A DNA stretch of 59,931 nucleotides, the filler included. It is 5 parts of 5 records of this genome, joined end to end, with 100 filler letters (N's around TTAATTAATTAA, not from the genome) between each part and the next. Parts side by side here need not be neighbours in the genome. Positions count along the whole stretch, not along the records: positions 29,324 to 40,363 come from DRR723986_9939; positions 40,464 to 54,467 come from DRR723986_9943; 3 more parts are not named here. One strand, written 5' to 3'. The translations under genes and the position numbers were made by a program. Shown piece after piece: positions 38,522 through 47,951 of the stretch (position 1 is the stretch's first letter; every line of letters starts with the position of its first letter). The notes beneath the pieces are model-generated. The model did not search any database, had not been told where the DNA came from, and saw only the letters and a program-made list of their open reading frames with translations.

Positions 38522-39760
38522 TTAGGCCATTGTGTTTAAGCTAACATTGAAATGAGCCTGCCAAGTTGGTGGCGAAAATGGCGGGCATGGTTGCCCCTGT
38601 GCCCCATTTTTTGCCCTACTGCCTGCCAGCGCCCTGATTGTTTCTATCCAAGAATATATATTCTGCTGTTCTGCGTAAACGGGTATCTGCCCTAGAATTT
38701 CACGGTATATGGGTAGCGCTGCGCAAACAACCGGCACGCCCATGGCCGCCGCCTCGATTGGGGGCAGGCCATAGCCCTCGGCATGGCTGGGGTGCAGCAG
38801 GCCCGCAGCCCCTTGCAAGGCTGCAGCCATCTGGGCATCGGGCAAACCGTTTAATTCGAACACATGCTGGCCCATCATCGGGTGACGATCGAGCTGGGCA
38901 AAGACCTGGTCATTGTTCCAGCCCCGCGCGCCACAGATCAGCAAGGCAGGCAGCGGGCCCGCCTGTTGGGCCATTTCGGCCCAGATTTGCAGCAAGAACG
39001 CATGGTTTTTGCGCGGCTCTATTGTGCCGATGGTCATGAAATAGGGGCGCCCTGGCGCCAAAGCGGCAGGTTTTGGCCAGGTGGTGGCAGGTGCTGGCAG
39101 ATCAACGCCCAATGGGGCCACAACACAGCGTGGCAGGCCTGCGCCCTGGGGGGTGTGGCGGGCAATATCGGCCATGGTTTGATGCGAGTTGCACAAGATC
39201 ACATCGGCGCTTTCGCGCACGCGCCCCAGCATGGCCGCAAAGGCCTGCGGGCTGCCTGGCCGCTGAAACTGGGGAAAATCCAGCGGGATCGTGTCATGCA
39301 CCATCACCAGCACCCGCGCGTCCAGATGCAGCTGCAGCGCGCGCAACACCCGATGTGACAGGTTGCTGTGCCCGGTATTGAAATAGTGGCACCCCGGCGG
39401 CAGGTGTTTGGCCAGCATCGGCCCCAGCCGATGGGGTAGCGCGCGCGCCAGGGCCATGCGGCGGATATCAGATTGCGCCGCCTGGCCTGCCAGGCCCAGC
39501 CCCGGGCGCAGGCGCGACAACAGATCTACGCCGCCAAAGGGCACGGTGCCGGCAAAGCGCGCCAGCATCGCCTGCATGCCTGCTCTATCCAGCAAAACAT
39601 AGCCATAGGCGGTGCGCGCCAGGGCAAAAACGGGCCTGTCCAGGCCAATGAAATGGCGCAGATAGGCCAGCTCGACCCGGTCAACCCCGGTGGGCAGCCG
39701 CCCCGCCCGCGCCAAAAGGCGCGACAGATCCAGCAACAGGGCCGGGGCGGTGCCGCTCAC
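38522..39760 (-). CDS. Glycosyltransferase family 4 (GT-B)
   Basis: TGVDRVE, VHDTIP, GTIEPRKN, EGYGLPPIEA; GTG start overlaps the galU TGA. Confidence 0.9.
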   Translation of the reverse strand: MSGTAPALLLDLSRLLARAGRLPTGVDRVELAYLRHFIGLDRPVFALARTAYGYVLLDRAGMQAMLARFAGTVPFGGVDLLSRLRPGLGLAGQAAQSDIRRMALARALPHRLGPMLAKHLPPGCHYFNTGHSNLSHRVLRALQLHLDARVLVMVHDTIPLDFPQFQRPGSPQAFAAMLGRVRESADVILCNSHQTMADIARHTPQGAGLPRCVVAPLGVDLPAPATTWPKPAALAPGRPYFMTIGTIEPRKNHAFLLQIWAEMAQQAGPLPALLICGARGWNNDQVFAQLDRHPMMGQHVFELNGLPDAQMAAALQGAAGLLHPSHAEGYGLPPIEAAAMGVPVVCAALPIYREILGQIPVYAEQQNIYSWIETIRALAGSRAKNGAQGQPCPPFSPPTWQAHFNVSLNTMA

Positions 39761-40362
39761 GCCGATAGGGCGGTTGAGCCCGGGCTTTGCGCCACCACAG
39801 CGCGCAAATAGGCGCCCAGCTCGTCGCGCAGATCGGGGCGGGCCAGGGCAAAGGCCACAGTGGCCTGCAAAAACCCCGCCTTCGAGCCGCAATCAAAGCG
39901 CTGCCCCTCAAAGCGATAGCCAAATACCTTGCGTTTCGCCAAAATATCGGCGGCGATGGCATCGGTCAGTTGAATTTCACCGCCCGCCCCCGATTTGATG
40001 CGATTGAGGTTTTGCAAAACTGACGGGTTCAAAATATAGCGCCCGATCACCGCCAAATTCGACGGCTGCGTGCCGGCGGCCGGCTTTTCAACCATGGCAT
40101 TCACCGGCTGCAACCGCCCCGCTTGTGCGGTGATATCCAAAATACCATAGGCGCTGGCCTGTTCGGCAGGCACCTCCATGGCCGCCACGATATTGCCGCC
40201 GGTTTCCTCGTAGGCTTCGACCATCTGCTGCAGGCAGGGCTTTTCGGCGGCAATCACGTCGTCGGGCAAGATCACTGCGAAAGGTTCATTGGCAATCAGA
40301 CGCCGGGCACACCATACGGCATGGCCCAGCCCCAGCGCCTTGTGTTGGCGAATATAGGCAAT
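39757..40362 (-). CDS. galU: UTP-glucose-1-phosphate uridylyltransferase, C-terminal part
   Basis: GLGHAV, ILPDD, MVEKP, GRYIL, GEIQLTDAI, FDCGSKAG. Confidence 0.92.
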   Translation of the reverse strand: MAYIRQHKALGLGHAVWCARRLIANEPFAVILPDDVIAAEKPCLQQMVEAYEETGGNIVAAMEVPAEQASAYGILDITAQAGRLQPVNAMVEKPAAGTQPSNLAVIGRYILNPSVLQNLNRIKSGAGGEIQLTDAIAADILAKRKVFGYRFEGQRFDCGSKAGFLQATVAFALARPDLRDELGAYLRAVVAQSPGSTALSA

Positions 40363-40363
40363 G

Positions 40364-40463
40364 NNNNNNNNNNNNNNNNNNNNNNNNNNNNNNNNNNNNN
40401 NNNNNNNTTAATTAATTAANNNNNNNNNNNNNNNNNNNNNNNNNNNNNNNNNNNNNNNNNNNN
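40364..40463. other. Artificial contig spacer
   Basis: N44-TTAATTAATTAA-N44. Confidence 0.98.
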
Positions 40464-41123
40464 GGTGTCCGGGTGCAGGGTAATCGGCCGATTGAACTGA
40501 ACTGCGTTCAGACTCTGGCCAGAGCCGATATCCAGCCCGACGCCAACAGCCCCCTGGTGCAGGTTGGCTTTACCGTCGGACGCGGTGGTTGCCAGACGGA
40601 GCATAGCCATGACGGGATATCCCTGAAACACCACGATCCGGATGTCGGGAACGCCTTGGAAGGAGTACTTGGCGAGTGCCGGGGAGGACTGAACCAGGTT
40701 TTCAACAATGGCAACATCCGGGGTACCGGCCAGGGAATACAGGCCAGCTAGAATATTGGTAAGGTGACGCTCCAGCATGGCGACGGAAATGCGGGCGCTG
40801 GAGGCCTTGATAAAGTCGTCGCCGTCTCGCCCGGTAATCACGGTAATGCCCTTGCCGCCAGAGCCTTTTGCTGGCTTGATGGCGAAACCGGCCAGATCCT
40901 CTGCCATTTCCCGAAAATGGGAGATTTCGTGTTGTTGGCGAACCACCTGCAGCAGCTTGGGGGTTTTTACGCCGTATTCGCTGACCGCAAGCTTGGTTTT
41001 CAACTTGTTGTCCACCAGCGGGTAGGAGGTGCGATCATTGTACCGGGCAATGTAATCTACATTGCGCCGGTTCATGTTCAGCATCCCGAGATTTTTCAGC
41101 CTGCGTGGAGAGATCCAGTCCAT
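40464..41123 (-). CDS. Alpha-L-glutamate ligase-like (RimK-related) ATP-grasp protein, 3'-truncated
   Basis: MNRRN, VDNKLKTK, IKPAKGSGGKGI, GVPDIR, SDGKANLHQG. Confidence 0.88.
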
Positions 41124-41124
41124 A

Positions 41125-42642
41125 TCAGTCGTAGGCCTTCATCGGGGTAAACCGCTTGAGCTCGCTGAGCTTGTAGCCGGTGTACTGACCCATCAGCAGG
41201 ATCAGCCCGAGAATAACCAGATGTAACTCCGGGAAGTTGAAGGTAAGGTGGCCAGCCAGCGGTGTACTCATGGCCAGGTAGGCGCAGATGGCCACAAACA
41301 GACTGCCTGACCCCTGCACAAGCACTTCGCGGGCGCCTTCCTCTTCCCAGAGAATGGACATACGTTCGATGGTCCAGGCGATGATCACCATGGGGAAGAA
41401 GGTGACGGTCATGCCGGTGTTAAAGCCCATCTGGTAGCCAATGATGCTGAGCCCTGCGGTGATGAAGATCACCAGAATGATCAACGCCGATATGCGTGAT
41501 ACCAGCAGCAGGTTCAGGCTGGAAAGATAGCCGCGCAACAGCAGGCCAATGGCTACAACGGACAGAAATGCGATCAGCCCCGGCACCAGAGTGGTCTGTA
41601 CAAAGGCCACGGCAATCAGGACCGGCATGAAGGTGCCCGATGTCCGGATGCCAATGACAATCCGCATGAAGGCAACAATCAGGGCGCCGATGGGGAGCAA
41701 CAGCAGCATTCGGAACATGCTCTGTTCTTCGATGGGTAGCTGGTAGAAACCGAGCACACTCAGCCCATTGGCGTTGGACTCCAGCGTTGCCAGTTGCAGC
41801 GCCGGCACGGTCTGCCGCAGCATGGAAAAGCTTACCTGGGAGTCGTCGCCACCCACCACGTCGAGGAGGGAATCTGCCCCCTGTCTCCAGAGCAACAGGT
41901 TTTCCGGTACACCTTGTTCTGCGGTGCGCGGGTCGAAGGTAAGCCAGCGCTTGCCATTGTATATCTGTAGAAATGGCACCAGTTGTTGGCGACGGCGGGC
42001 ATCCTCAAGCTTCAGGGCATCTGCGGTGCGCGCAGCGATGCCAGCGTGGTTCAGCATCTTCACCAGCAGTTGCAGATAGTTGTCGTCAGATACCAGTAAT
42101 GTTGTGTTCTGGGTGCGGTTGTCTGGCTGCATCAGGCGGATCAGCTCGCGGGTCATGCTCTCCGGGGAACTGGATCGCTCGGAAGCCTGGGTCAGGAGCT
42201 CTCTTACGGCGGTGGCCTGGGGCTCCTCCCAGAAAACCGTCAATGCCCGGGGTTTACGCACTGGCGGAGCATGAATCGCGTCTTCATCCGGTACAAACTG
42301 TGCCTTGAAATAGAGAGTCTGAGGACCGGCGACGTCTCGTTTTGTCCACTGGGCTCTGCGCCCGCTGTTGCTATCCAGAATTGAGAAGCCGTAGCCGGGC
42401 GAGGCGGCCTGCTCCGTCAGGATACGGAAGCCGGGCGGTTGCTCCGGGATGTGCAGGCTCACTTCAGCCGGGCTGTTCTGGCCCTCAAAATCGACTCGCG
42501 CCTCAATCATCCAGACCGGACGTTGTTCACCGGTCATCCACGGAATACCCAGTTCCAGATGGCGCCAGGTGGCGATCGCTATCCCTGCCGCAATCAACAG
42601 GAAGACAAACACGTAAAACGGGACCCGGGAGCGTACCGTCAT
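41125..42642 (-). CDS. Inactive transglutaminase domain fused to a 7-TM region
   Basis: N-terminal TM, periplasmic domain with WLTFDP and no evident catalytic Cys, GIRTSGTFMPVLIA, FFPMVIIAWTIER, YTGYKLSELKRF. Confidence 0.85.
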   Translation of the reverse strand: MTVRSRVPFYVFVFLLIAAGIAIATWRHLELGIPWMTGEQRPVWMIEARVDFEGQNSPAEVSLHIPEQPPGFRILTEQAASPGYGFSILDSNSGRRAQWTKRDVAGPQTLYFKAQFVPDEDAIHAPPVRKPRALTVFWEEPQATAVRELLTQASERSSSPESMTRELIRLMQPDNRTQNTTLLVSDDNYLQLLVKMLNHAGIAARTADALKLEDARRRQQLVPFLQIYNGKRWLTFDPRTAEQGVPENLLLWRQGADSLLDVVGGDDSQVSFSMLRQTVPALQLATLESNANGLSVLGFYQLPIEEQSMFRMLLLLPIGALIVAFMRIVIGIRTSGTFMPVLIAVAFVQTTLVPGLIAFLSVVAIGLLLRGYLSSLNLLLVSRISALIILVIFITAGLSIIGYQMGFNTGMTVTFFPMVIIAWTIERMSILWEEEGAREVLVQGSGSLFVAICAYLAMSTPLAGHLTFNFPELHLVILGLILLMGQYTGYKLSELKRFTPMKAYD

Positions 42643-43445
42643 TCTTCCTCTCCGTTTGCCGCTTGTTCAAGGTAGGATTCGGGCAGCTCTGTTGCGAATT
42701 CCTTGCCGACATCGATCAACATGACGTCTCGCAATACGTTGCGGCCAATCAGGACTTCGTAAGTCAGATTTGTCCGGTCGGCCAACGTAAACTCAGCTAC
42801 CTGCTGGTGGTCGCCGATGGCAAACTGAAGCTCCACCACGACCCGTCGCTCTGACTCATCGGCACTGGACTGGATAATCTTCACGCGCCTGGAGATTTCT
42901 TTCTCCATGGCTACCCACTCGGCATCCTCAGTACCGGGAACGGGCACTTCAAAGCGTACCCAGTTGCTGCCATCCCGTTCAAAACGCTGGACGTTACGGG
43001 CGTGTATGGAAGAGGTTTCCGCGCCACTGTCGATTCGGGCGGTATAGACATGGTCGGGGCCAGCCAGGAAAAACTTTTCGACCTCACCGACAACGACTTT
43101 GCCTTTGAGGCGATCCGCCCGGCCTTTATCTTCGCGGGAAGCGGGGCAGGTAGGTGCTGCCTTTGGTGGTGGGCACGATGGCTTTTCAACCTGAGTGGCA
43201 ATGGCCTGAAGAATGGTCTGGGTAGAATCCTGATTCTGCTGCAGGAGCTTTTCGTGCCTTACACCGGCATTCTGCTCCATGGTAACAAGGGTCGCACGCT
43301 GGCTTTGGACCGAGGCTCGCACCTCTTCAATATTCTCTTTCGGTACCATGAAATAACGATCGGAAGCGCAACCAGAAAGTGCGACTGCCAGCCCTGTTAA
43401 GGCAACTGCGAACAATGAGCGGGTTTGCGAAACACTGGACCCCAT
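42639..43445 (-). CDS. Retropepsin-like ('ATP-dependent zinc protease', RimB-like) lipoprotein
   Basis: Lipobox LSGC, coiled coil, Pro/Cys linker, ARIDSGAETSSI, LADR, LIGRN. Confidence 0.85.
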   Translation of the reverse strand: MGSSVSQTRSLFAVALTGLAVALSGCASDRYFMVPKENIEEVRASVQSQRATLVTMEQNAGVRHEKLLQQNQDSTQTILQAIATQVEKPSCPPPKAAPTCPASREDKGRADRLKGKVVVGEVEKFFLAGPDHVYTARIDSGAETSSIHARNVQRFERDGSNWVRFEVPVPGTEDAEWVAMEKEISRRVKIIQSSADESERRVVVELQFAIGDHQQVAEFTLADRTNLTYEVLIGRNVLRDVMLIDVGKEFATELPESYLEQAANGEEE

Positions 43446-43577
43446 GAATATCCCCTGAACCGGCCGTGAGAATTATTGGCAATGGATGCCTCAGCCATTG
43501 GATGTGTTGTCAATCAGGCGGGAGAGTATACTACAACGTACCTGTGTGGTGACTTTACAGATGGTTAAGGCGCATCT

Positions 43578-43961
43578 TTACCGGCCCAGGAAAGGCCCCT
43601 GGCCCAGTGGCGTCTCGGATCTCAGGTACTCCTGGATGACCGGGGAACAATTCAGGTAGAACAGTAGCAGCTCCCGCTGAATATCCTGGTCCTGAATGCG
43701 CGCAGCAAAGGAAATGACTTCTTTGAGCGCACGGTCGCTGGAGGTGGTGTCTGTCGGCACCGTGAAGCTCTTTCCATAACGGCTTTTCAGCAACTGGGTC
43801 AGTCGCTCAAGGTGAAACTCGCCCGTATGGGTGATGTGAGGCAAAACCCGCACATGCTTTTCCGCCGAGCGCTGATTTTCCGAAGACAATGTCTCTTCGT
43901 CTTCCACACAGGTAGCCTGCAGGAAATCGGACCCGAATTTTCTCCACAATTCCTTGAACAT
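43578..43961 (-). CDS. Hypothetical protein
   Basis: 127-aa ATG ORF with protein-like composition filling an otherwise empty region; no recognised motif. Confidence 0.55.
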   Translation of the reverse strand: MFKELWRKFGSDFLQATCVEDEETLSSENQRSAEKHVRVLPHITHTGEFHLERLTQLLKSRYGKSFTVPTDTTSSDRALKEVISFAARIQDQDIQRELLLFYLNCSPVIQEYLRSETPLGQGPFLGR

Positions 43962-44211
43962 GCTCCGACCTGCCAGTCAGCTTTCCGTTTACGGCTTTAG
44001 CACTCCGGTTGGGTGCTTTTTAACCGTTGTAGAGCAATTTACGCTCTGCGTCCATAGGTGGATTGACGCAATGTTGATAAATGCCAAACAGTCGAGGCCG
44101 GCCTGGTGGCACCGTTCCGCCAACAAGAAAAAAGGGTGAGCATTGCGGTAGACTGTCAGGCTTTGATCCCGGGGCCATGCCCTGAACTGACCAACGAAGA
44201 CCAAGGAGAAC

Positions 44212-45858
44212 ATGCTGGTGCTAGATGCGCTTACCCTCACCATGGCTGAACGTCCGGAATGGCTGGCAGGCTGGTTCCTTGCTCTGGTGGCGAGTGCCGC
44301 CTTGTGTCTGGCGGGCATGATCTGGCTGCTGTGGCGTCGGCGTCAGGATAAAGCCACCGAGTCTGCCTTGCGCGAGGAACTGGACGCCCGGGACAGGCAA
44401 CTGAGAGATAGCGAGCAGGTGCAGGCCTTGCATGAACAGGAAGTTGAACACCTGCGGACGGCACTCGAGGAGCAGAAAGCCCGCTCCGGGCAGCTGGAGC
44501 AGAGCATCGAACACTGGCGACAACAGTCTGCTGCCCTGGAAAACCGATTGGCGGCTCTGGACTCGGAGTTGACAGCAAAACAGGACCGGCTTGCGCAACT
44601 GGCAAGTGAGAGCAATCAATACCAGCAGCGGGCTGAAACGCTCTCAGAAGAGCTAGGCCAGTTGAAGGTCGAGTTACGCGAGCAGCAGGTCACTCTGGAT
44701 AAAGAGCGCCGTAGTGCCTCGGAAAAACTGGAGTTGCTGGAAAAGAATCGAGATGCACTGAAACAGGAATTCGAGAACCTGGCGAACCGGATTTTCGATC
44801 AGAAAAGTGAGCGCTTCAGCCAGCAATCCAAAACCAGCCTGGACTCCTTGCTTAACCCCTTCCGCGACCAGTTGCAGGATTTCCGCAAACGGGTTGAGGA
44901 TGTCTACACCACGGAAACCCGGGATCGTCAGGCGCTTCGCAGCGAAATAAAATCGTTGCAGGAGCTGAACCGGCAAATTACCGAAGAAGCCGCCAATCTG
45001 ACCCGCGCTCTCAAAGGTGACAAGAAAATTCAGGGCAACTGGGGTGAGTTGATCCTGGAGCGGGTGCTGGAACGGTCGGGCCTGCGCAAAGGGGTCGAGT
45101 ACGAAACCCAGGGGAGTTACCGGGACGAAGATAATCAGTTGTTGAGGCCCGATGTCATCGTGCATTTGCCGGACCAGCGAAATCTGGTGATTGATTCCAA
45201 AGTATCGTTGGTGGCCTATCAGCAGTGGGTGACCGCAGATCAGGAGGAAGAACGCGCTGCGGCGCTGAAGCAGCATGTTGAGGCGGTTCGCAATCACATC
45301 CGTGCATTGAGCGAGAAAGATTACAGTCAGCTTAACGGGCTGCATTCTCCCGATTTCGTGCTGCTGTTCATGCCCATTGAGCCGGCATTTGTGGCAGCAT
45401 TCCAGCAGGACGAGAATCTCTTCGCAGAAGCATTTGAGCGGAAGATTATTGTGGTGACGCCTACCACCCTGCTGGCGACACTGAGAACCATTGAGAATAT
45501 CTGGCGTTATGAACGCCAGAGCCAGAATGCCCGCCGCATTGCCGATCGCGCCGGCGCGGTCTACGACAAGCTGCGGGTGTTTGTCGAGGCTATGGAAAAG
45601 CTGGGAAGCCAGTTACACACGGCCCAGGGCACCTACGATAATGCCATGAATACCCTGACACGGGGCCGTGGTAATCTGATTTCCCAGGCCAATCGGTTTG
45701 TGGAGCTGGGGGTCAGGGTTAAAAAAGAGTTGCCCAAGTCGATAGTGGATCAGGCCGAGGTCGATTCTGAAGACGCCGATGAGCCGGGAGATACGCCCGC
45801 CATCGACAGGGAGCCTACGGACGCCGGGGAAGCCCGTGCAGAGGACCAACAGGAGTAG
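44212..45858 (+). CDS. rmuC: DNA recombination protein RmuC
   Basis: TM helix + long coiled coil; QGNWGELIL, RPDVIV, IDSKVSL, DFVLLFMPIE, VTPTTLLATL. Confidence 0.93.
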   Translation: MLVLDALTLTMAERPEWLAGWFLALVASAALCLAGMIWLLWRRRQDKATESALREELDARDRQLRDSEQVQALHEQEVEHLRTALEEQKARSGQLEQSIEHWRQQSAALENRLAALDSELTAKQDRLAQLASESNQYQQRAETLSEELGQLKVELREQQVTLDKERRSASEKLELLEKNRDALKQEFENLANRIFDQKSERFSQQSKTSLDSLLNPFRDQLQDFRKRVEDVYTTETRDRQALRSEIKSLQELNRQITEEAANLTRALKGDKKIQGNWGELILERVLERSGLRKGVEYETQGSYRDEDNQLLRPDVIVHLPDQRNLVIDSKVSLVAYQQWVTADQEEERAAALKQHVEAVRNHIRALSEKDYSQLNGLHSPDFVLLFMPIEPAFVAAFQQDENLFAEAFERKIIVVTPTTLLATLRTIENIWRYERQSQNARRIADRAGAVYDKLRVFVEAMEKLGSQLHTAQGTYDNAMNTLTRGRGNLISQANRFVELGVRVKKELPKSIVDQAEVDSEDADEPGDTPAIDREPTDAGEARAEDQQE

Positions 45859-45862
45859 CGGT

Positions 45863-46738
45863 ATGTTGTCATCCATGAAAAAAAGGCGTTTGCCTGGTCA
45901 CAGGGTATTTGCGGGCCTGGTGTTGTCTTCTGTTCTTGCCCTGCAGGCGGGGTTCGCCCAGGCATTGGCTCCGGAACACGAGATTCGCCGCTTGATGCTG
46001 GCGACTGAAGAAGCCGTTGCAGCAGAGAACTGGAGTGAGGCAGGGGAGTACCTGAACCGCCTTCAGGCCATGGAGGGAGAGAAGCCCGCCGAGTATTACT
46101 ACTATCGCGGCCGGGCCATGTTGCAGGCCAATCATCTGAATGAGGCACGTTCAGCACTGGAGCAATACATTACCCGGGCCGGGGCAGAGGGCACGCATTA
46201 CCAGCAAAGCCTGAAGCTGATTACCGACATAGAGAAGGCCAGCCGTGCCAGTGTTCGCGCTCTGGCCGAAGGGCAGGCCAATGCCAACGAGCCCGTGGCC
46301 GTGATTGAGCCGGCGAATGAACAGGATGTGAAGACGCTGCGCCAGCTGTATCTGGCAGGCTCGGACAGGGAGGCTCTGGTCATCCATCTGAATACTCTGC
46401 TTGAGACCGCTGGCTGGCGGCGTGACAAAACGGTGGTGCGCCTGGACAGGCCAGCAGATCGCCAGTACCAGGTGGCTCTGGATGATGGCAATATCAGTAT
46501 TCAGGACATCGAGCGCAATCCTGATGGCACCACCGTTCGCAGAACCCTGTCTCTGTCGGTATTCGGTGTTAATCCTCAGTTGCGTTGGGATTGTGAACCG
46601 GTGGTCGGAGCCTGCTGGGTTTATGATCCGCGGGACGGCTCCAGGCTTTTCCAGTTGGCGGAGAATCGCGATCAGGCCCGGGACATTGCCCGTACTCTGG
46701 GGCGCTTGATCCGGAACCTGCAGCAGGGAAGTTCGTAA
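45863..46738 (+). CDS. Secreted TPR-like protein
   Basis: AGGAG RBS; signal peptide ending AQA; TPR-like helices (YYYRGRA..A..ALEQY). Confidence 0.65.
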   Translation: MLSSMKKRRLPGHRVFAGLVLSSVLALQAGFAQALAPEHEIRRLMLATEEAVAAENWSEAGEYLNRLQAMEGEKPAEYYYYRGRAMLQANHLNEARSALEQYITRAGAEGTHYQQSLKLITDIEKASRASVRALAEGQANANEPVAVIEPANEQDVKTLRQLYLAGSDREALVIHLNTLLETAGWRRDKTVVRLDRPADRQYQVALDDGNISIQDIERNPDGTTVRRTLSLSVFGVNPQLRWDCEPVVGACWVYDPRDGSRLFQLAENRDQARDIARTLGRLIRNLQQGSS

Positions 46739-46748
46739 GGCCGGGTGT

Positions 46749-47765
46749 TCAGACCAGATCGCCCCGTTCGCCTTCCCGCCAGGCGCCCGGGGTGACCCCC
46801 GTCCACTTCTTGAAGGCCCGATGGAAGGTGGATGGTTCGGTAAAGCCTACCCGTTCGGCAATATCGTTGATGGGCATCTCCGGATGGGCCAGATAGTAGA
46901 TGGCCATATCCCGCCGCAATAGATCCTTGATCTCCTGAAACGACGTGTTCTCCTGCTTCAGTCGGCGCCTGAGGGTCTGCGGGCTGGTGTGCAGCTCTTG
47001 CGCTATCCAGTCGAAATCCGGCATGGGTTTGGAGAAATCACGGCCAATCAGGCCCCGAATGCGACCGGTCCAGGTGTTGCTCTCATCCGGTCGTGACAGC
47101 AGATCTGCCGGGGAGGTTTTCAGGAATTGTCGCATTTCCGGCTTGTCCCGAATCACCGGGGCGGAGAGGAAGCGTTTGCTGAAGGTCAATGCCGTACAGT
47201 CGGACTCGAACGCCAGCGGACAATGAAAAATGTGCCGGTATTCGTCCCCGTGGTCTGGCCTCGGGTAATCGAACTCAGCTTTCTCCAGTTCCACGGGCTG
47301 GCCAATAAGCCAGCTGCCCAGCCGGTGCCAGATCACCAGAATGCTCTCGCGCAGAAAATAGTCCGGGTCGTGGATGCTGCCTTCAATTCGCGTGACCAGG
47401 CGCGCACGGTCACCGAAGATGTCAAGCTCCATGGACACCATCGGTTCGAACAGCCGAGAGAACCGGAAGGCCTGTTGATATACCTCTTCCAGCGTCTGGC
47501 AACCGACCACCAACGCACACATGGTGGCGAACGTTCCGGAGCGGGCACGGCGTGGCCCCATGCCCATAAACTCATCGCCGGTGCGCTGCCAGATTACCTG
47601 CATCAGCTTGCTGAACTGATCACTGCTCACCCTTGCCATTTCAATGCGAAGAAGATCTGGCGAGATCCCGGCCTCCTGGAGCAAAGCACGGCTGTCCAGG
47701 CCCAGGCGTTCGGCGCCTGACAGAGAAGCTTCAACAAAATGTCGTGAGACTGTCAGTGTTGACAT
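46749..47765 (-). CDS. AraC family transcriptional regulator
   Basis: C-terminal SPQTLRRRL and IAERVGFTEPSTFHRAFKKWTG. Confidence 0.93.
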   Translation of the reverse strand: MSTLTVSRHFVEASLSGAERLGLDSRALLQEAGISPDLLRIEMARVSSDQFSKLMQVIWQRTGDEFMGMGPRRARSGTFATMCALVVGCQTLEEVYQQAFRFSRLFEPMVSMELDIFGDRARLVTRIEGSIHDPDYFLRESILVIWHRLGSWLIGQPVELEKAEFDYPRPDHGDEYRHIFHCPLAFESDCTALTFSKRFLSAPVIRDKPEMRQFLKTSPADLLSRPDESNTWTGRIRGLIGRDFSKPMPDFDWIAQELHTSPQTLRRRLKQENTSFQEIKDLLRRDMAIYYLAHPEMPINDIAERVGFTEPSTFHRAFKKWTGVTPGAWREGERGDLV

Positions 47766-47951
47766 AGAGGCAGCCAGAAGAAAGAACGAACTTCATCATA
47801 AGTACCCGGCTCAACATTGCAAGCCCATGATTTGCCAACAGATGGAAGAAACGGTCAATAGGAATGAAGGAACCGGTAGTTGGCCCGGCCTGCAAAACCC
47901 GTCAGCATGAGCCAGAGTCATTGCCGCCGATCAAAAACAAGGAGACGCTTT

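Noticed and set aside
44212..45858. RmuC nuclease-fold protein as an anti-phage defence gene
   Set aside because: It is a widely conserved core gene, and no defence-island context is visible
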